Source of the DNA: Gekko japonicus
Lineage: Eukaryota
NCBI RefSeq assembly: GCF_001447785.1
Contig: NW_015170887.1
Location: forward strand, 3,395,461 to 3,459,460
Direction of reading: 5' to 3'
DNA length: 64,000 nucleotides
Shown: positions 37,285 to 50,506 of the stretch, piece after piece
Numbering within the stretch: position 1 is the stretch's first letter
How the letters are laid out: each line of letters begins with the position of its first letter
Translations under genes and position numbers: made by a program
Notes under the pieces: model-generated
What the model was told of the DNA's origin: nothing
What the model saw: the letters and a program-made list of their open reading frames with translations, nothing else
Databases searched by the model: none

Positions 37285-38490
37285 AAGAGCATAAGAGAAG
37301 GCAATGCTGGATCAGGCCAATGGCCTATCCAGTTCAACACTCTGTCACACAGTGGCCAAAAATACCAAGTGCCTTCAGGAGGTCCACCAGTGGGGCCAGG
37401 ACATTAGAAGCCCTCACACTGTTGACCCCCCCAAGCACTAAGAAGACAGAGCATCACTTGCTTCAGAGTCCCTATCTATACCTTGTGGCTAATAGCCACT
37501 GATGGACTTCTGCTCCATATGCTTATCTATTTCCCTTTTGAAGCCGTCCATGCTTGTAGCCGCCACCACTTCCTGTGGCAGTGAATTCCATGTGTTAATC
37601 ACTCTTTGGGTGAAGAAGTACTTCCTTTTATCTGTTCTAACCTGACTGCTCAGTAATTTCATTGAGTGCCCACGTAGGGTTGGCAAGCCCTACCTGTTGC
37701 TGCAGCGGGGGACTCCCGGCTCGCTCCTGGAGTGCGCGCGTGCGCCGCAACCACATCACCCAGAAGTGACACGACCACGCCAGGCACGCTGGGGGCGGGA
37801 CCATGACCATCTGAGGAAAAACCATAGAGTTTTCCCTCGGATGACCATGGCCCCGCCCCCAGTGTGCCCGGTGTGGTCGCGTCACTTCCGGGTGACGTGC
37901 ACATTGCGTACTTTGGGGGTGGGGTTCCCCCGGGGCCCGATCCACCAGCGGGGGGGAACGGGCCTCTGGGGCGGGGGTTTCCCGCCCCCCGGGGGGACTT
38001 GGCAAGCCTTTGCCCACGAGTTCTTGTATTGTAAGAAAGGGAGAAAAGTACTTATTTCTCTACCTGCTCTATTGCATGCATATTCTTATAAACCTTGATC
38101 ATGTCACCCCTCAGCTGTCGTTTCTCCAAGCTAAAGAGCCCGAAGCATTTTAACTCTTCTTCATAGGGAAAGTGTTCCAAGCCATTTACCATTCTTGTTG
38201 CCCTTTTCTGTACTTTTTCCAATGCTGTAATATCCTTTTTGAGGTGTGGTGACCAGTTCTGTTCACAGTACTCCAAATGAGGTTGCACCATTGATTTATA
38301 CAGGGGCATTATGATACTGTCTGGTTTGTTTTCAATTCCCTTCCTAATAATCCCCAGCATAATGTTGGCCTCTTTTATTGCAGTTGCACACTGTCTCAAC
38401 ATTTTCATTGAGTTATCTACTATGACTCCAAGATCTCTCTCTTGGTCAGTCTCTGCCGGTTCGGACCCCATCAACTTGTATTTATAGTTC
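37285..38490 (-). mobile_element. 5'-truncated CR1 LINE with nested MITE
   Basis: ORF 38052-38573 contains ERDLGVIVD...LEYC..WSPHLKKD..LEKVQKRATRM..GLFSLEKRQLRGDMI; close relative of the 15900 copy. Confidence 0.93.
37675..38010. mobile_element. Young CpG-rich hAT MITE inside CR1
   Basis: Ends tagggttggca / tggcaagcctt; perfect 8-bp TSD tgcccacg; related to 15129-15420. Confidence 0.9.
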
Positions 38491-38567
38491 CAGAACTCCT
38501 GGCCCCACCTGGAGGCTGGCAACCCTAAGCCCCACCCTCTGGATGCTTTTCTAGTTCTATAGTAGTC

Positions 38568-38700
38568 AACCAACTAAGTTTTATTCAAAGTATAGGCTTT
38601 CGTGTGCAAGCTCACTTCATGTACTTGCACTCATAAGCTGATACTCTGGATGAAACTTTATTGGTCTTAAAGGTGCCCCAGGACTCAAACTTTGTTCTGT
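38568..38700. mobile_element. Short inverted Penelope pseudo-LTR remnant
   Basis: The minus strand reads atgaagtgagcttgcacacgaaagcctatac (hammerhead-like); the right side carries the PLE tail ggtcttaaaggtgccccaggactcaaactttgttct. Confidence 0.7.
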
Positions 38701-40099
38701 TTGGTTTTGTAAGCTGCTTTGAGTCCTGCTTTGTAGGAGAAAAAGTGGGATAAAAATATCTCAGCCAATAAGTCTGTCTGCATCAAAATAGCTTTTTTGC
38801 AGTGTTTTACCAAAATAATGTTGATGCACTTCTAAATATGATGACATCAGCAGGTTGCTTTTTTGTAGTATTGTACACTTGTGTAACATTAATGAAGAGA
38901 AGGGAAAAGTTGCAAAGGACTGCACACAGTGCTTGCCCAGGACTCTGTACAAAATTCAGGGAAGAAAGCAAAACAAAGGTTTCCTAATGTATCTGTTGTA
39001 CTTTAGAAATGGAACCTGGTAATTTAGAAGTCAAAATCCAGAGAGAAATCCAGACGAGAATTTTGAAAGCAGAAGGTGTAACAGGTAGTTCCCTTTGCAG
39101 GGACTTATACTTCAGCAATTACCCTGAGATATGAAAGTGTGAAATAGTTCTAGAAGGGGTTTCAGAGAAGGAAGAAAAGGAAGTTTCCATTAATACAAAG
39201 GTCACTGTGATGAAATGAGACAAAGGGTTGGGAATAGAATGTCCAAATAAAGAAGATAGATTATAAGAGCTTGTTGTCAGACCCACAGTGCTGCTGCTTC
39301 TTGTGTTAACATAGATCTTAATTTTCTGAAACCCTGACCTTTTAACTGCAGAGTCCTGTGGGGTCTGATTGACTAGGCTGTGATCGCAGCATAATTCACT
39401 GAATAACAGTGATGATATTCCTGTACCAGTGGAGAAGGGAGTACAATATTTTGATGTACATATAGGATTGAAAAAGACATCTTCAAAGTTACGTGAAAGG
39501 GTCCTAGTACAAGTAGATAATGACATTTAATTGCAGGATTCATAGAACCAGTAACACATCATAGGTAGGACACAGATCCGTGAATACACATCTTAACATT
39601 CCATCAGAACCATGACCATCTGCTGATGTCCCTGTCTGTAAGACATGGAGAAAGATGATGGGTTTACACAAGGGATTATCAGGAAAGCTTGAGTTAAAGA
39701 TTGCAATGCATGTTGTGTGTATGTATGTGTGTGTATGTGTGTGTGTGTGTAACCATTGCTCAAATGTCAAGCATTCAAAGCAGGCAAACACTGAAAAGTT
39801 CATGCTAAATATTTGTTTTATGAATGGAGAGTGTGTGTCATATATTGTGAATGACACATTGCCCACCATGCTAAATAATTGTTTTGTGAATGGAGAGTGT
39901 GTTCATGTCATATATTGTGAATGACAAATTGCCCAGAATTGGCCAGGGAAGCTTAGTTACCCACTGGTTTGGTTCACTTTGTTCACCAGTTATGATGAGC
40001 AAAGTGAATATTCAGCAAATTGCTGACATTTGAACAGTTTGGTTGTATTGGATTGTGCTAAAAAGTTGGTTGCACACTCAGAGCCTCATACTGTGCACA

Positions 40100-41110
40100 C
40101 CCACAGTCTTGCCAGTGTAGGAGTTCGTGGGGTAGTCTTGAAGTGGCTTACCTCATTTCTCCAAGGCCAGGGACAGAGGGTTGCGCTGGGAGAGAAGGTG
40201 TCAACTAGGCACCCATTAGTACATGGGGTTCCTCTCTCCAATGTTGTTTAACATCTACATGCGCCCCCTCACTCAACTGGTGCAGAGTTTTAGCCTGGGA
40301 TGTTATCTGATGACACCCAGCTATAGCCATTGATGGGCGGCTGGCCAGATACTGCCCCAGCAAATTTGGCTGAGGGTTTGGAGGCTGTGGTGGGATGATT
40401 GAAACAGCCACCTGAGACTGAATAGTGTGGCTGGGTAGGGGGGATTCAGGTTTGGGGTGTCAACTCCTGGCCCTTGATGGTGTACCCTTAACACTGTCTC
40501 CAGCTGTCAAAAGCCTGGGTGTGGTTCAGTGGAGGCCCAGATCACAAATATTGCCAGACTGGCATTCTTCCAACTGCGCCAGGTCAGGCAACTGGCTCTC
40601 TACGTGTTCCACCCTGTCCTAGCCACAGTAATCTACACAATGGTAACTTCCAGACTAGACTACTGTAACTTGCTTTGCACAGGGCTATGCTTGAGACTGA
40701 CCCAGAAACTCCAACTGGTCTATAATATGGTGGCGTGGGTCCTGACGGGGACTCTGCAAGAGGCACATATTCAACCTGTGCTGCACAAGCTGCATTGGCC
40801 CCCACTGGAGTACTAAATCAGGTACAAGGTTCTGGTGCTACCCTTTAAGGCCCTAAATGATCTGGGACCCACATATCTTCGGGACTGACTTTCTTGGTAT
40901 ACCCCCAAACGTGCATTGCACTCTGCAGATAAGAACTCACTGGTGGTCCCTGGCCCATCCAGGCCGACACTCTGTGCCACCAGAGCCAGGGCTTTCTTGA
41001 CTTTGGCTTTAACCTGTTGAAACACTCTGCCAGCTGAGATTCAGGCCTTGTGGGATCTGATGCAGTTCCGCTGGGCCTGTAAGACAGAGCTGTTCTGCCA
41101 GGCCTGTGTT
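40100..41110 (+). mobile_element. Decayed L2 LINE ORF2/3' region
   Basis: LKWLTSFL..QGQRV, HGVP, LFNIYMRPL, VTSRLDYCNLL..GL...LQLVYN..A, LHWPP motifs. Confidence 0.85.
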
Positions 41111-41889
41111 TGAGGGCAGCAATGGTTTCTATTCTGAATTGGCCCCCCTTCCCCTTCTCCTTTTCCTTAGTCTTTTTCAAGGACTTGCAGATACATACTG
41201 AGCAACTGGTGCAAATGGCAAAATCCCTTGAGACAGAGGTGACTTTCACTGCTTCAGCATCTACAGACCCTGCAAGGGATCCTCAGTACCACTGAAGATA
41301 TCTGTGCTGCATCTTGACAGACATACTAATAGTTTGTACCCATAATACATAAGGTCGTTGAATGCATGATGGATTATGTGTTAAAATAAGAAGCTAGATG
41401 GGAAAGTTTCTGGACATAAATACTTTAAAAATCATATGATAAGAAGATCATTACTGACAACCTGGGAAAAGATTCATCCACTGATATACACTAAAATCCC
41501 AAGATGGGTGTCTCCAGTGGAAGCCTTTTGTCAACCAACTTTGACTTCAAAACAAGCAGTTATTAGATATGCAGAATTGTTAGATGATGGAAATAATTTA
41601 AAATCTCAGGAAGAATTAAAGAAAAGGCAAATAAACTTAGATTGGTGGACTAGAGTGCAAGTGGAATCTAGATATAGTAAGGACAAGCAAGAAAATTTAT
41701 ATAAAATGTTCTATAGAACTGGGACCCACATATCTTCGGGACTGCCTTTCTTGCTATACCCCCAAACGTGCATTGCACTCTGCAGATAAGAACTTACTGG
41801 TGGTCCCTGGCCCATCCTGGCCGACACTCTGTGCCACACAGTGACCAAAAACCAGATGATCTGACATGGCTTCTCTTATGTTCTTATGA

Positions 41890-42240
41890 GCCTCTGGGCA
41901 ACCAGTGCCCAGCCTTAGAACCATGAATCCAGAGCAAGCACGAGTAGGAATCTTGTTCTGACATCACCTCTGAAACATCTGTGTCAGAAGTAGTCTTCAA
42001 GGATTCCATTGTTTCTCCATGCAAGGATTTACGAATATATACTGAGCAACTGGTGCAAATGGCAAAATCCCTTGAGACAGAGGTGCCTTTCACTGCTTCA
42101 GCATCTACAGACCCTATATTTACTCTGAAGTTGTGAGTCCAGTGGTTTTTCCTGTCATGCAAGGGATCCTCAGTGCCACTGAAGATATCTGTGCTGCGTC
42201 TTGACAGACATACTAATAGTTTGTACCCATAATACATAAG
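41890..42240 (+). mobile_element. Decayed DIRS-like gag (LAP2alpha-like) fragment
   Basis: Translates SPCKDLRIYTEQLVQMAKSLETEV...DPIF...PVVFPVMQGILSATED, resembling reptile DIRS ORF1. From recall; not searched. Confidence 0.4.
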
Positions 42241-42285
42241 GTCGTTGAATGCATGATGGATTATGTGTTAAAATAAGAAGCTAGA

Positions 42286-43446
42286 TGGGAAAGTTTCTGG
42301 ACATAAATACTTTAAAAATCATATGATAAGAAGATCATTACTGACAACCTGGGAAAAGATTCATCCACTGATATACACTAAAATCCCAAGATGGGTGTCT
42401 CCAGTGGAAGCCTTTTGTCAACCAACTTTGACTTCAAAACAAGCAGTTATTAGATATGCAGAATTGTTAGATGATGGAAATAATTTAAAATCTCAGGAAG
42501 AATTAAAGAAAAGGCAAATAAACTTAGATTGGTGGACTAGAGTGCAAGTGGACTCTAGATATAGTAAGGACAAGCAGACAGATGGCTTCTATTTAGAACA
42601 AGGTGCATTTGAAAAATTATTATGCACCTCAAGAGAGAAACTTATTAAGAAAATGTATGGTATGCTGATGCAATTGAAAATGCAGGATGAAATAGCTAAA
42701 GAATGTATGGTCAGATGGATGCAAAATGTTGGTTATAATATAGATCTGTCACAATGGAGTAAAATACGGAAAGTGAATATTAAGTTGACTAAATCTGTTT
42801 CATTTAAAGAAAACTTGTATAAAATGTTCTATAGATGGCACCTAACCTCAGATAGGTTAGCTAAACCTAAGTATAAAAACTTGAATAACTGGTGTTAGAA
42901 ATGTAACAATCATGTTGGATCATACTACCATATGTGGTGGACATGTAAATAGGTTCATAAATATTGGATTGGAGTACATGCTCTCTTACAGTCTGTCTTG
43001 AATATTACAATACTTTTTAAGACAGAGATATTTCCGTTAAACTGTTTACCAGATGACTTAGATAAGAACCATAGATACTTTATTTTACATGTTATAACGG
43101 CAGCCAGAATTTTATTTGCAATGACATGGAGGACATTGAAGATCCCAACGCTGTAGGAGTTGATATAGAAGATTATGGAATGTGCTGAAATTGACAGATT
43201 GACAAATATATTAAAAGGAAAAATGGAAGAAGAATTTATGGGACCGTGGNNNNNNNNNNNNNNNNNNNNNNNNNNNNNNNNNNNNNNNNNNNNNNNNNNN
43301 NNNNNNNNNNNNNNNNNNNNNNNNNNNNNNNNNNNNNNNNNNNNNNNNNNNNNNNNNNNNNNNNNNNNNNNNNNNNNNNNNNNNNNNNNNNNNTCTTTCC
43401 CTTCTTTCCCTTTCTCTGTGCATAAACTAATAAAATTCTTTTTTTA
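42286..43446 (+). mobile_element. 5'-truncated L1/Tx1-like LINE with 16-bp TSD
   Basis: C-terminal ORF2 (KENLYKMFYRWHLT...GSYYHMWWTC); TSD aaaataagaagctaga at 42270-42285 and 43447-43462; TT|AAAA target site. Confidence 0.88.
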
Positions 43447-44078
43447 AAAATAAGAAGCTAGAGTGGATGATCTTTTCATCCTATGTCACCTCAGACTATT
43501 CTGTACTTTACAGGTTGAGGTGATAGAATTCTAGACTGTACCAAATCAGACAATTGGGGGGGGGGAGTATTTTTTTGTGCATCTCATGTAGATAGTTCTT
43601 TCCATATAGTAACCTAGCCTATCAAGGATGCTTAGTCACCCCTCAGTTATTTCTTTGTTCACAATTGATGAGGGAGATTGGCAGCCCTACTTACTACTGA
43701 TCCTTTTAACTAGGGATTGGAGTTGAGACATTCTGCATGCAAAATTACATCTTCTTTCATTGAGCCACAGCCCCTCTTCCAGTACTGAGATAGAACAACC
43801 TCCAGATCCTGATGTCACTTTAAAACACAAGCCCACACAAACAGCAACTGATCCCTAGTTTGTGACCACACCTATCACAGTGCATTTTACACAATATACG
43901 TTTTTCCAGATCTAGGAAAGAGGCCTTGCTTGTGAAACTAAGATGAGTGTGCATAGGGTTGCCAGCCCTGCTTCAGCAAACCCTGGGAGCAGGGCCGAGG
44001 GACCTGTGAGGAGGAGTGTTGCTGTCAGCCCCCCCCCCCGCACTGCTTTAAGAATTCCCCTAATCTCTATAATAAAGG

Positions 44079-44483
44079 CAGGGGTCATTTTGTAGAAAAA
44101 GGTGCAGGAGCTCATTAGCATAACTTATTTGCATATGCCACACCCCCTGACATCACCGGAAGTGTGTCAGAAGGCAACACCCACCACTTAGACTCCACTG
44201 GACTGTTTTGGATTGCTAGCTATTGGGGGGTGGGGTGGAACATGCAGATCTGTCCTTGCAGAGGAGGGAGAGCTTGTACCTGAATAAAACTTGGTCTTAA
44301 AGGTGCCACTGGACTGTTTTGGACTAGGGGGCCATGGGGGCCCCCTGAAACTTACCTGGCTGCTTCTTGCTTTGACTGAGGGCTGCTGGGAGCAGGGGGT
44401 GGGGCTTGTTGCATGTGTCCACCCCCTGGGCTCTTTACCGCTGGAGCTCCATTCCTGTGTGCTCCTGCAGGAAATGACCCCTG
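44079..44483. mobile_element. hAT non-autonomous element
   Basis: TIRs caggggtcattt / aaatgacccctg; TSD aataaagg / gataaagg (7/8). Confidence 0.8.
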
Positions 44484-45059
44484 GATAAAGGTCATATTGG
44501 GGAAATTCCTAAAATGTTACAGATGTTCATCTGGAAGTGAAATCAGAGCATCTGAAACATCATCCAGCCATTTTTCTCTCCCTGCTCAGTCAAGTAAGTG
44601 CAGGCAGTGGAGTTTGGGGACAGGCAACTGCCAGCTCTAAGATGGCAAGGGCCCATTGTCTTGGCATGGTCCCAGAAAGCAGCTATGTCTGAAATGTTAT
44701 TACAGAATGACCCAGCTGGTATTTTTCATCATGTCCAATGGAATTGTGTGGCTGTCAGTTTAGAACAGCCAGAAAGAGTGGGTTGTTTTACAGAGTGATT
44801 AATTAACCAAAGGAACTGACTATGTAAGTTGTAGTGATTTTTGCTTTGCTTTGGTAATTTTTTTAAAGGTTACATGAAGTCACAGAGAGATGTCTGTCCA
44901 TTATTAAATTTATGTGTGAAACTTACTAGGTGGCCTTAGGCAAGCTCCTACTCTCTGCTCCCCATTTATAATACAGAAGAAATAATACTGCCCTAAATAA
45001 TAAAGTACTAAAAGTAGTAGTGGTGGTGGTGGTGATGATGATGATGATACTACACTGAG

Positions 45060-46290
45060 CTTTGAAGAAAACTACAAATATCTTGGGATTTTGGAAGCTG
45101 ACATCAATCATATCCTTGTTAAGAAAAATACAACCAAGGAGTACTACTAAAGAGTTTAAAAGATATTGCAAAATTAAATGGATGCAACACAGTAAAGGCA
45201 TGAACATGTGGGCAGTCCTAGTTCTAAGATACACAACTGGCAGTATTGATTGGAAACAAGCAGAATGAGATTCACTAGATCATAAAACTCACTACACTAC
45301 ACCCTAGAAGTGATGTTAATTGTCTTTACTTACCAAGAAAATTAGGTGGAAGAGATCCCTAGCAAGCAGTTGATGAATAAAAATGAGCATTGAATGACTA
45401 CACCAAGAAAAGCAAAGAGAAGCTTCTAGGTGAACTGTACAAGGCAGACTTATTTAAGGTTACAGAAACCAAAGAGGATTACAAAACGATTGCAATCAAA
45501 ATTCACTTTGACAACCAGAAGCAAAAGCACTTGTATGAGCAATATTTGAAAGACATAGAGAACAAAGTTGATAATGAAAACATCTGGAAGTGGCTCCAAA
45601 GTGCCACTCAAAACGAACAGTATGAAAGCCAAGATTCAGAAGACCAGTGATGAAGCTAATGTTAACTTTGCAAGACAAAGGTTGAAACAGTTGACCACAT
45701 GGTTGGTGCCTACAGTAAAATTGCACAGACTGACTATAAAGAATGTCATGGTAAGAGTTGCAGCTATGTTGCACTGGAATCTTTGCAAGAAGTATAGCTT
45801 ACCATCAGCTAGAAATTCATGGAAGCACAAACAGAAAAGATTATGGAGAATGATGAAAAAATTCTTTCGGATTTCTGATTAGAAACAGATAAGCACCTGG
45901 AGCATAACATCCCTGATATCACAACTAAAGGGAAAAATGAGAAAAAGGCTCTCGATCATTGACATTGCAATCCAAGGGTACAGCAGAATAGAAAAGAAAG
46001 AACAGGAGAAGATCACAAATACCAAGACCTATGAATAGAGTTAAAGAGCCTCTGAAAGAAGGTTACCATCGTGCCAGTTGTCATTTGAACCCTTGGAGCA
46101 GTGCCTAGAAGTCTCAAGAAACACCTGGACATTCTGGGCATTGAGCAAATAACACCAGCTCAGCTCCAGAAGACAGTGTTGCTTGGAACAGCAAGAATAC
46201 TCTGAAGATACATCTGCAATTCCCAAGAACTTGGCTAGATTTTGAATTGCAGAACACCATCTGCCAGTCAAATATCTGACTGTGACAATT
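45060..46290 (+). mobile_element. Decayed R4/Dong-like non-LTR retrotransposon (RT C-terminus, zinc knuckle, restriction-like endonuclease)
   Basis: Across frameshifts: YKYLGILEAD, WAV..RYT.G.IDW, HPRSDV..LYLPRK.GGR, C.LC....ETVDH, LHWNLCKKY, HNIPDI...IIDIAI..., LQKTVLLGTARIL. Confidence 0.85.
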
Positions 46291-46456
46291 AATAATATGT
46301 TTTAATGGGAAATTATCCTGTAGCTCCTATTGTGTCTATATTTTTCAGCTATCACAGTATTGCTGCTATGAAAGTGTTAGCCTCATTGAGTTATTATCAG
46401 TATTGGGGGATATGTGATATTCTAAAGTAGCAAAAGGCAATAAGGGAACAAACACC

Positions 46457-47722
46457 TGTATATACAGAGGTCCCGCTTCTTTCAGAGATACCAGAAATAG
46501 ACATGGAGGCTGGCTTCAGTATAAAAAATGGTTTCCTTTTACTGGAGATTCTTCACAATCAAACAATACACAAGCACACACACACTTATATAGCTTCTAG
46601 GAAAATTAGATAGACAATCAAGAGACGTTTGCATGAGCAAGAGATCGTTGGGAGGCAATATTTACCTGTCCTGATGAAATGATGCGTCCCAGTGGAAAAA
46701 TAGGGGAGACTAATAAGAAATGAGAATTATGCTAGGAAATGAAAACCATGCTCTGAACTGGCAGAAGCATGTGGAAGACTCTGGCTGTAGGCCAAGAGTC
46801 ATAGATGGGGTGTAGAAAGCATGGAGAACGTAGAGAGAGAGAGAGCACATTGCTGGGTGCCAGCCTTTGTATGGGGGCTCTGGGGGGAGGGCTTTGCTGG
46901 CTACCTCCCTTGAGACCATCCCTTGGTGGTCCATTCCAAAAGTCAGGTCCGTAATGGGAAAAGGGGCTTAAGGGGTTGGTCAATGTTGAATTCTAACTGA
47001 ACTTGTGACGGAGATACCTCGAGGGTTGTGATGACTCATCGGCTAGCACCTATTGTGTTCTTTGTCTCAGGGCTGCAGAACCAGTTCCTGGAATGGATGA
47101 GGAAGGCCAAGTCCTTTGTCAAGTGAAAGTTGGGAAAGAGTCTTTTGTGCCTTTGATGCAGAGAAGTGGGGGGGGGCTGCCAGCGTGATGAAGAAGGACT
47201 TCTTTACTGGCGTCGGGAATCCTTAGTTTAAACCGCAATGGCAGATGGCTGTTTTGGAGTGTTTCGTGTGTCTAGGGATTCATCTGGAATGGGGCAACTT
47301 CGGGAACCACGGGCACATCCTCTCAGGCTCTTGCTGGCGCGTGTCTGGCATCACAATCTGGTCACCTGACATCAGAGTCCCTTTTGCACATTTTAAGAGA
47401 GTACAAAGCTCCTTGCTGGGCAACAATTGCCTAATCCTGGGTCTGCAAGGTAATGTTGTTGCCCCCACAGAAAACCGTTGTTTCTAGCCTTCACAATCCA
47501 ACCAAGAGCTTTCCACATGCTTGAATTACTCCTGATTTTCTTGACAGTTGATCTACAAGCACCGGAAATGGTTTGGGCACAGTTCTTTGTCATGTCTGCC
47601 CTTCCTCTGCATTTTCACAGTTGTGATGTGAGTTTGTTTTCTTCCACACATGCCTTAAATAATCAAGGTTTTCAAGAGAGGGTGCCATTATCATCGGTGG
47701 CATCATTAGTAGTGTCACAGCA
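46457..47722. mobile_element. Possible large solo LTR (ERV/Gypsy-like)
   Basis: TG...CA termini flanked by cacc on both sides; non-coding body. The termini and 4-bp TSD are short and could arise by chance. Confidence 0.35.
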
Positions 47723-49574
47723 CACCTCCCCTTTTATTTTTTTGTTCATGCTCATATTGATATATTGATATCATGGCTACATTTTTAAGGCATTAAAATA
47801 TCGCTATAAATATATTGTTGTAGTGATTGGTAAAGCAGGTTTTCTGAATTCCCAGCTCCCTCCCTCCTTCATGGATATATAACAAAAAAGGCATATCTCC
47901 ACAAGGGAAGGTGCTGAGACTTACTTAAAAAAGAAAGAAAGCTGGGAATTCAGAGAACCTGTTAAACCTATCATTTCAACAATATATCAGTATTTTAGTT
48001 TTAAAAAATGAAACCACTTTTCTTTAGGGTGGGGGGGGTGGTTTGACACTGATGATGGTCCAATCTTTGAAAAGTGGGCTGGAGGTGGATGGGAATGAGA
48101 AGGATAAAGAAAACCAATAGAAACTTTATGAGAAAAAAGATAACTCAAAATCAGCTTTCAGAAAAAGACTGGGGTAACATAAGAACATAAGAGACGCCAA
48201 TGTTGGATCAGGCCAAAGGCCCATCCAGTCCAACACTCTGTGTCACACAGAGTAAAAGTAGTCTCAAAAGAAACGGGGAAAATGTGAGGGGGAGAAATGA
48301 AAATTAAAGGCACAAAAATGCATGCAGAAATCAGGATAAACTGAAGCCGTATGGGGCCAGAACTGACCCCCCCCCCATGCAGAAAAGCCCCAAGCCAGGT
48401 TTTTTTTCTGTTTGGAGCAAATGTGTTGAGACATCACTCACTAGTTATAGAAAAGGACACTTAATATCTGTGGATCCTATAATGTTTGAAAATGTTCTGT
48501 GAATAGCCTTTAATAGAACTGTGACATCCTTTTGTTTACTGTCTCTTGCGATCAATGTTGCTAATGCTGTGGTTTCAATGGGGTCCTGATGCTCTTCTAC
48601 TTTTGGAGCTATAGAGGCCAATCTGTTGGAATGAATGCTCTTCAGTCTGAGGCACTCAAGAGTAAAATCCCTGTTAGTTGCTTTAGCATTAGAGAGATAC
48701 AATTGTCGATTGGCATTATAAAATGCCATACACAGACTCCCCCCCCCCTTTCTTTGTATGTCAGGGCTTCTTTTGTTTAGAAACTTCATTGAATTTATTT
48801 ATCAGCTCAGCAACAATGACAGAACTGCATGACACAAAACAAGAACACAGCCCTAAACAGTTTTACCAGCTGACCTTTGTCAAGATAATAAGTCCCCATG
48901 CTGTCCCCTGTCTGTGAAAATATGCAGTGGTAACTTGACATCAGAGATTCTGTGGTCAGCAGCCTTCACAGTCACTTCAGTAAATGTACCTGATAAAAAA
49001 GAAAGACAAGATCATATAATGTGCCCGAAGTAATGAGTTCCCTATGCTATTTACCCAAAGCACTGAGGAGACAGTGTCAAATAGTTTAGGTCTACACCTG
49101 AGGAACAATACTCCCGGTAGGAAGAAGAAAAATGATCAGAATAGGTACTAGTGCCATGTGTAATAGAGCTGAATATGCATATCTTAAGAGTGAGGATAGG
49201 TTATACATGGCCTCTAAAATGCATGGAGTCTGTTGTCATCTAGTGGTTATTAAATTAGATTCAGTTGGGTAGCCGGGTTGGTCTGAAGCGGCAGAACAAA
49301 GTTGGAGTCCAGTGGCACCTTTAAGACCATACAAAGATGGATTACAAGCCATAAGGAATATGATTTCTGTCAACACCACAGCTGACTTTGCCACTAAACT
49401 GTGCCATTTTGTTTTCATCCATAACCACTTCAGATTTGGTGACACCTTATTCCTTCAGATCAATGGTACAACCATGGGCTCCCACATGGCCCTACAATAT
49501 GTTAACATCTTTATGGCTGACTTTGAGCAGCACTTCCTAAACTCTCACCCACATACCTCTGTTATACCTGTGAT

Positions 49575-49780
49575 CAATGTTCCCTCTAAGCTGTGGAGTC
49601 TTGTGAGCAAAAATTCTACTCTGTGAGCTACTGGCATTAAAGTTGTGAGTGAGCGATTTGGCTACTGCATAAATTAGTTTGCTCTGGAGCCATCCTTCCT
49701 AAGCGAAGACAAAAATGTGTGAGCTGGAGGCTCAAACACTGTGAGCTGGCTCACACTAACTCAGCTTAGAGGAAACACTG
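49575..49780. mobile_element. hAT MITE (206 bp)
   Basis: TIRs caatgttccctctaagctg / cagcttagaggaaacactg; perfect 8-bp TSD cctgtgat. Confidence 0.92.
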
Positions 49781-50014
49781 CCTGTGATACATTGATGACA
49801 TAAATATATACCTGTGATACATTGATGATAAATTGATGACATTGGGCCCAGTACTTTTCAATATTTTTATCAATGATCTGGATGAAGGGGTAGAAGGACT
49901 ACCGATTAAATTTGCTGATGATACCAATCTTTATTCAGATAGGTGAGCATGCCCTGCTGCCTTTATGGTAGTGTATTAGAATCCTCATGTGGAACTGCAC
50001 AGAAGATTGACAAT

Positions 50015-50293
50015 GAAAACAGGGTTGCTTACCTGTAACTGTTGTTCATTGAGTATCTTCTGTGCAGGTACACATACCCTCCCTCCTACCCCACTGCATG
50101 CTTGGTGGCATTAGGAACTGAGGGTATAGGCATTGCCATGCTGGAGCATGTGTCCCTGGGTGGGGGTTGGCTCTGGCATGCAGTACCCTCTGGAGACTTT
50201 TAGCTATAATAACCTACTGATCGGCAGACCTGTGCATGCACAGTCCTCATGTGTACCTATAGAAGATACTTACAGGTAAGCAACCCTGTTTTC
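50015..50293. mobile_element. Non-autonomous DIRS-like element (inverted terminal repeats only)
   Basis: Perfect 24-bp ITR gaaaacagggttgcttacctgtaa / ttacaggtaagcaaccctgttttc with an extended imperfect match; no TSD. Confidence 0.65.
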
Positions 50294-50506
50294 TCTTACA
50301 CAAGTACTTGGGGGGGCAAACCTTTTCTTGTGCACAGACAGACAAACAACTTGTGCACAGACAGACAAACAACTCACCCACAATAATACAACAACTAATT
50401 TGAACATGGACACTGGTACCAGAGCTTGCAATAAACCAAGATGCCAACTTTGCTGCCACATGCACCCAGAGAACACAATCAATGGACCTAACAACATCAA
50501 CTATAC

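Larger units (their letters stand above)
49262..50506 (+). mobile_element. Fragmented Penelope-like element (RT and pre-GIY-YIG linker) with nested insertions
   Basis: KDGLQAIRN..HNHFRFGD.LFLQINGT.MG..MA.QY.NIFMAD.EQ.FL, YIDD near 49788-49800, GTRACNKPRCQLC.H near 50414; inverted pLTR tail at 49262-49329. Confidence 0.88.

Noticed and set aside
39010-39530. Purine-rich stretch with a coding-like look
   Set aside because: Multiple stops and no recognisable protein family.
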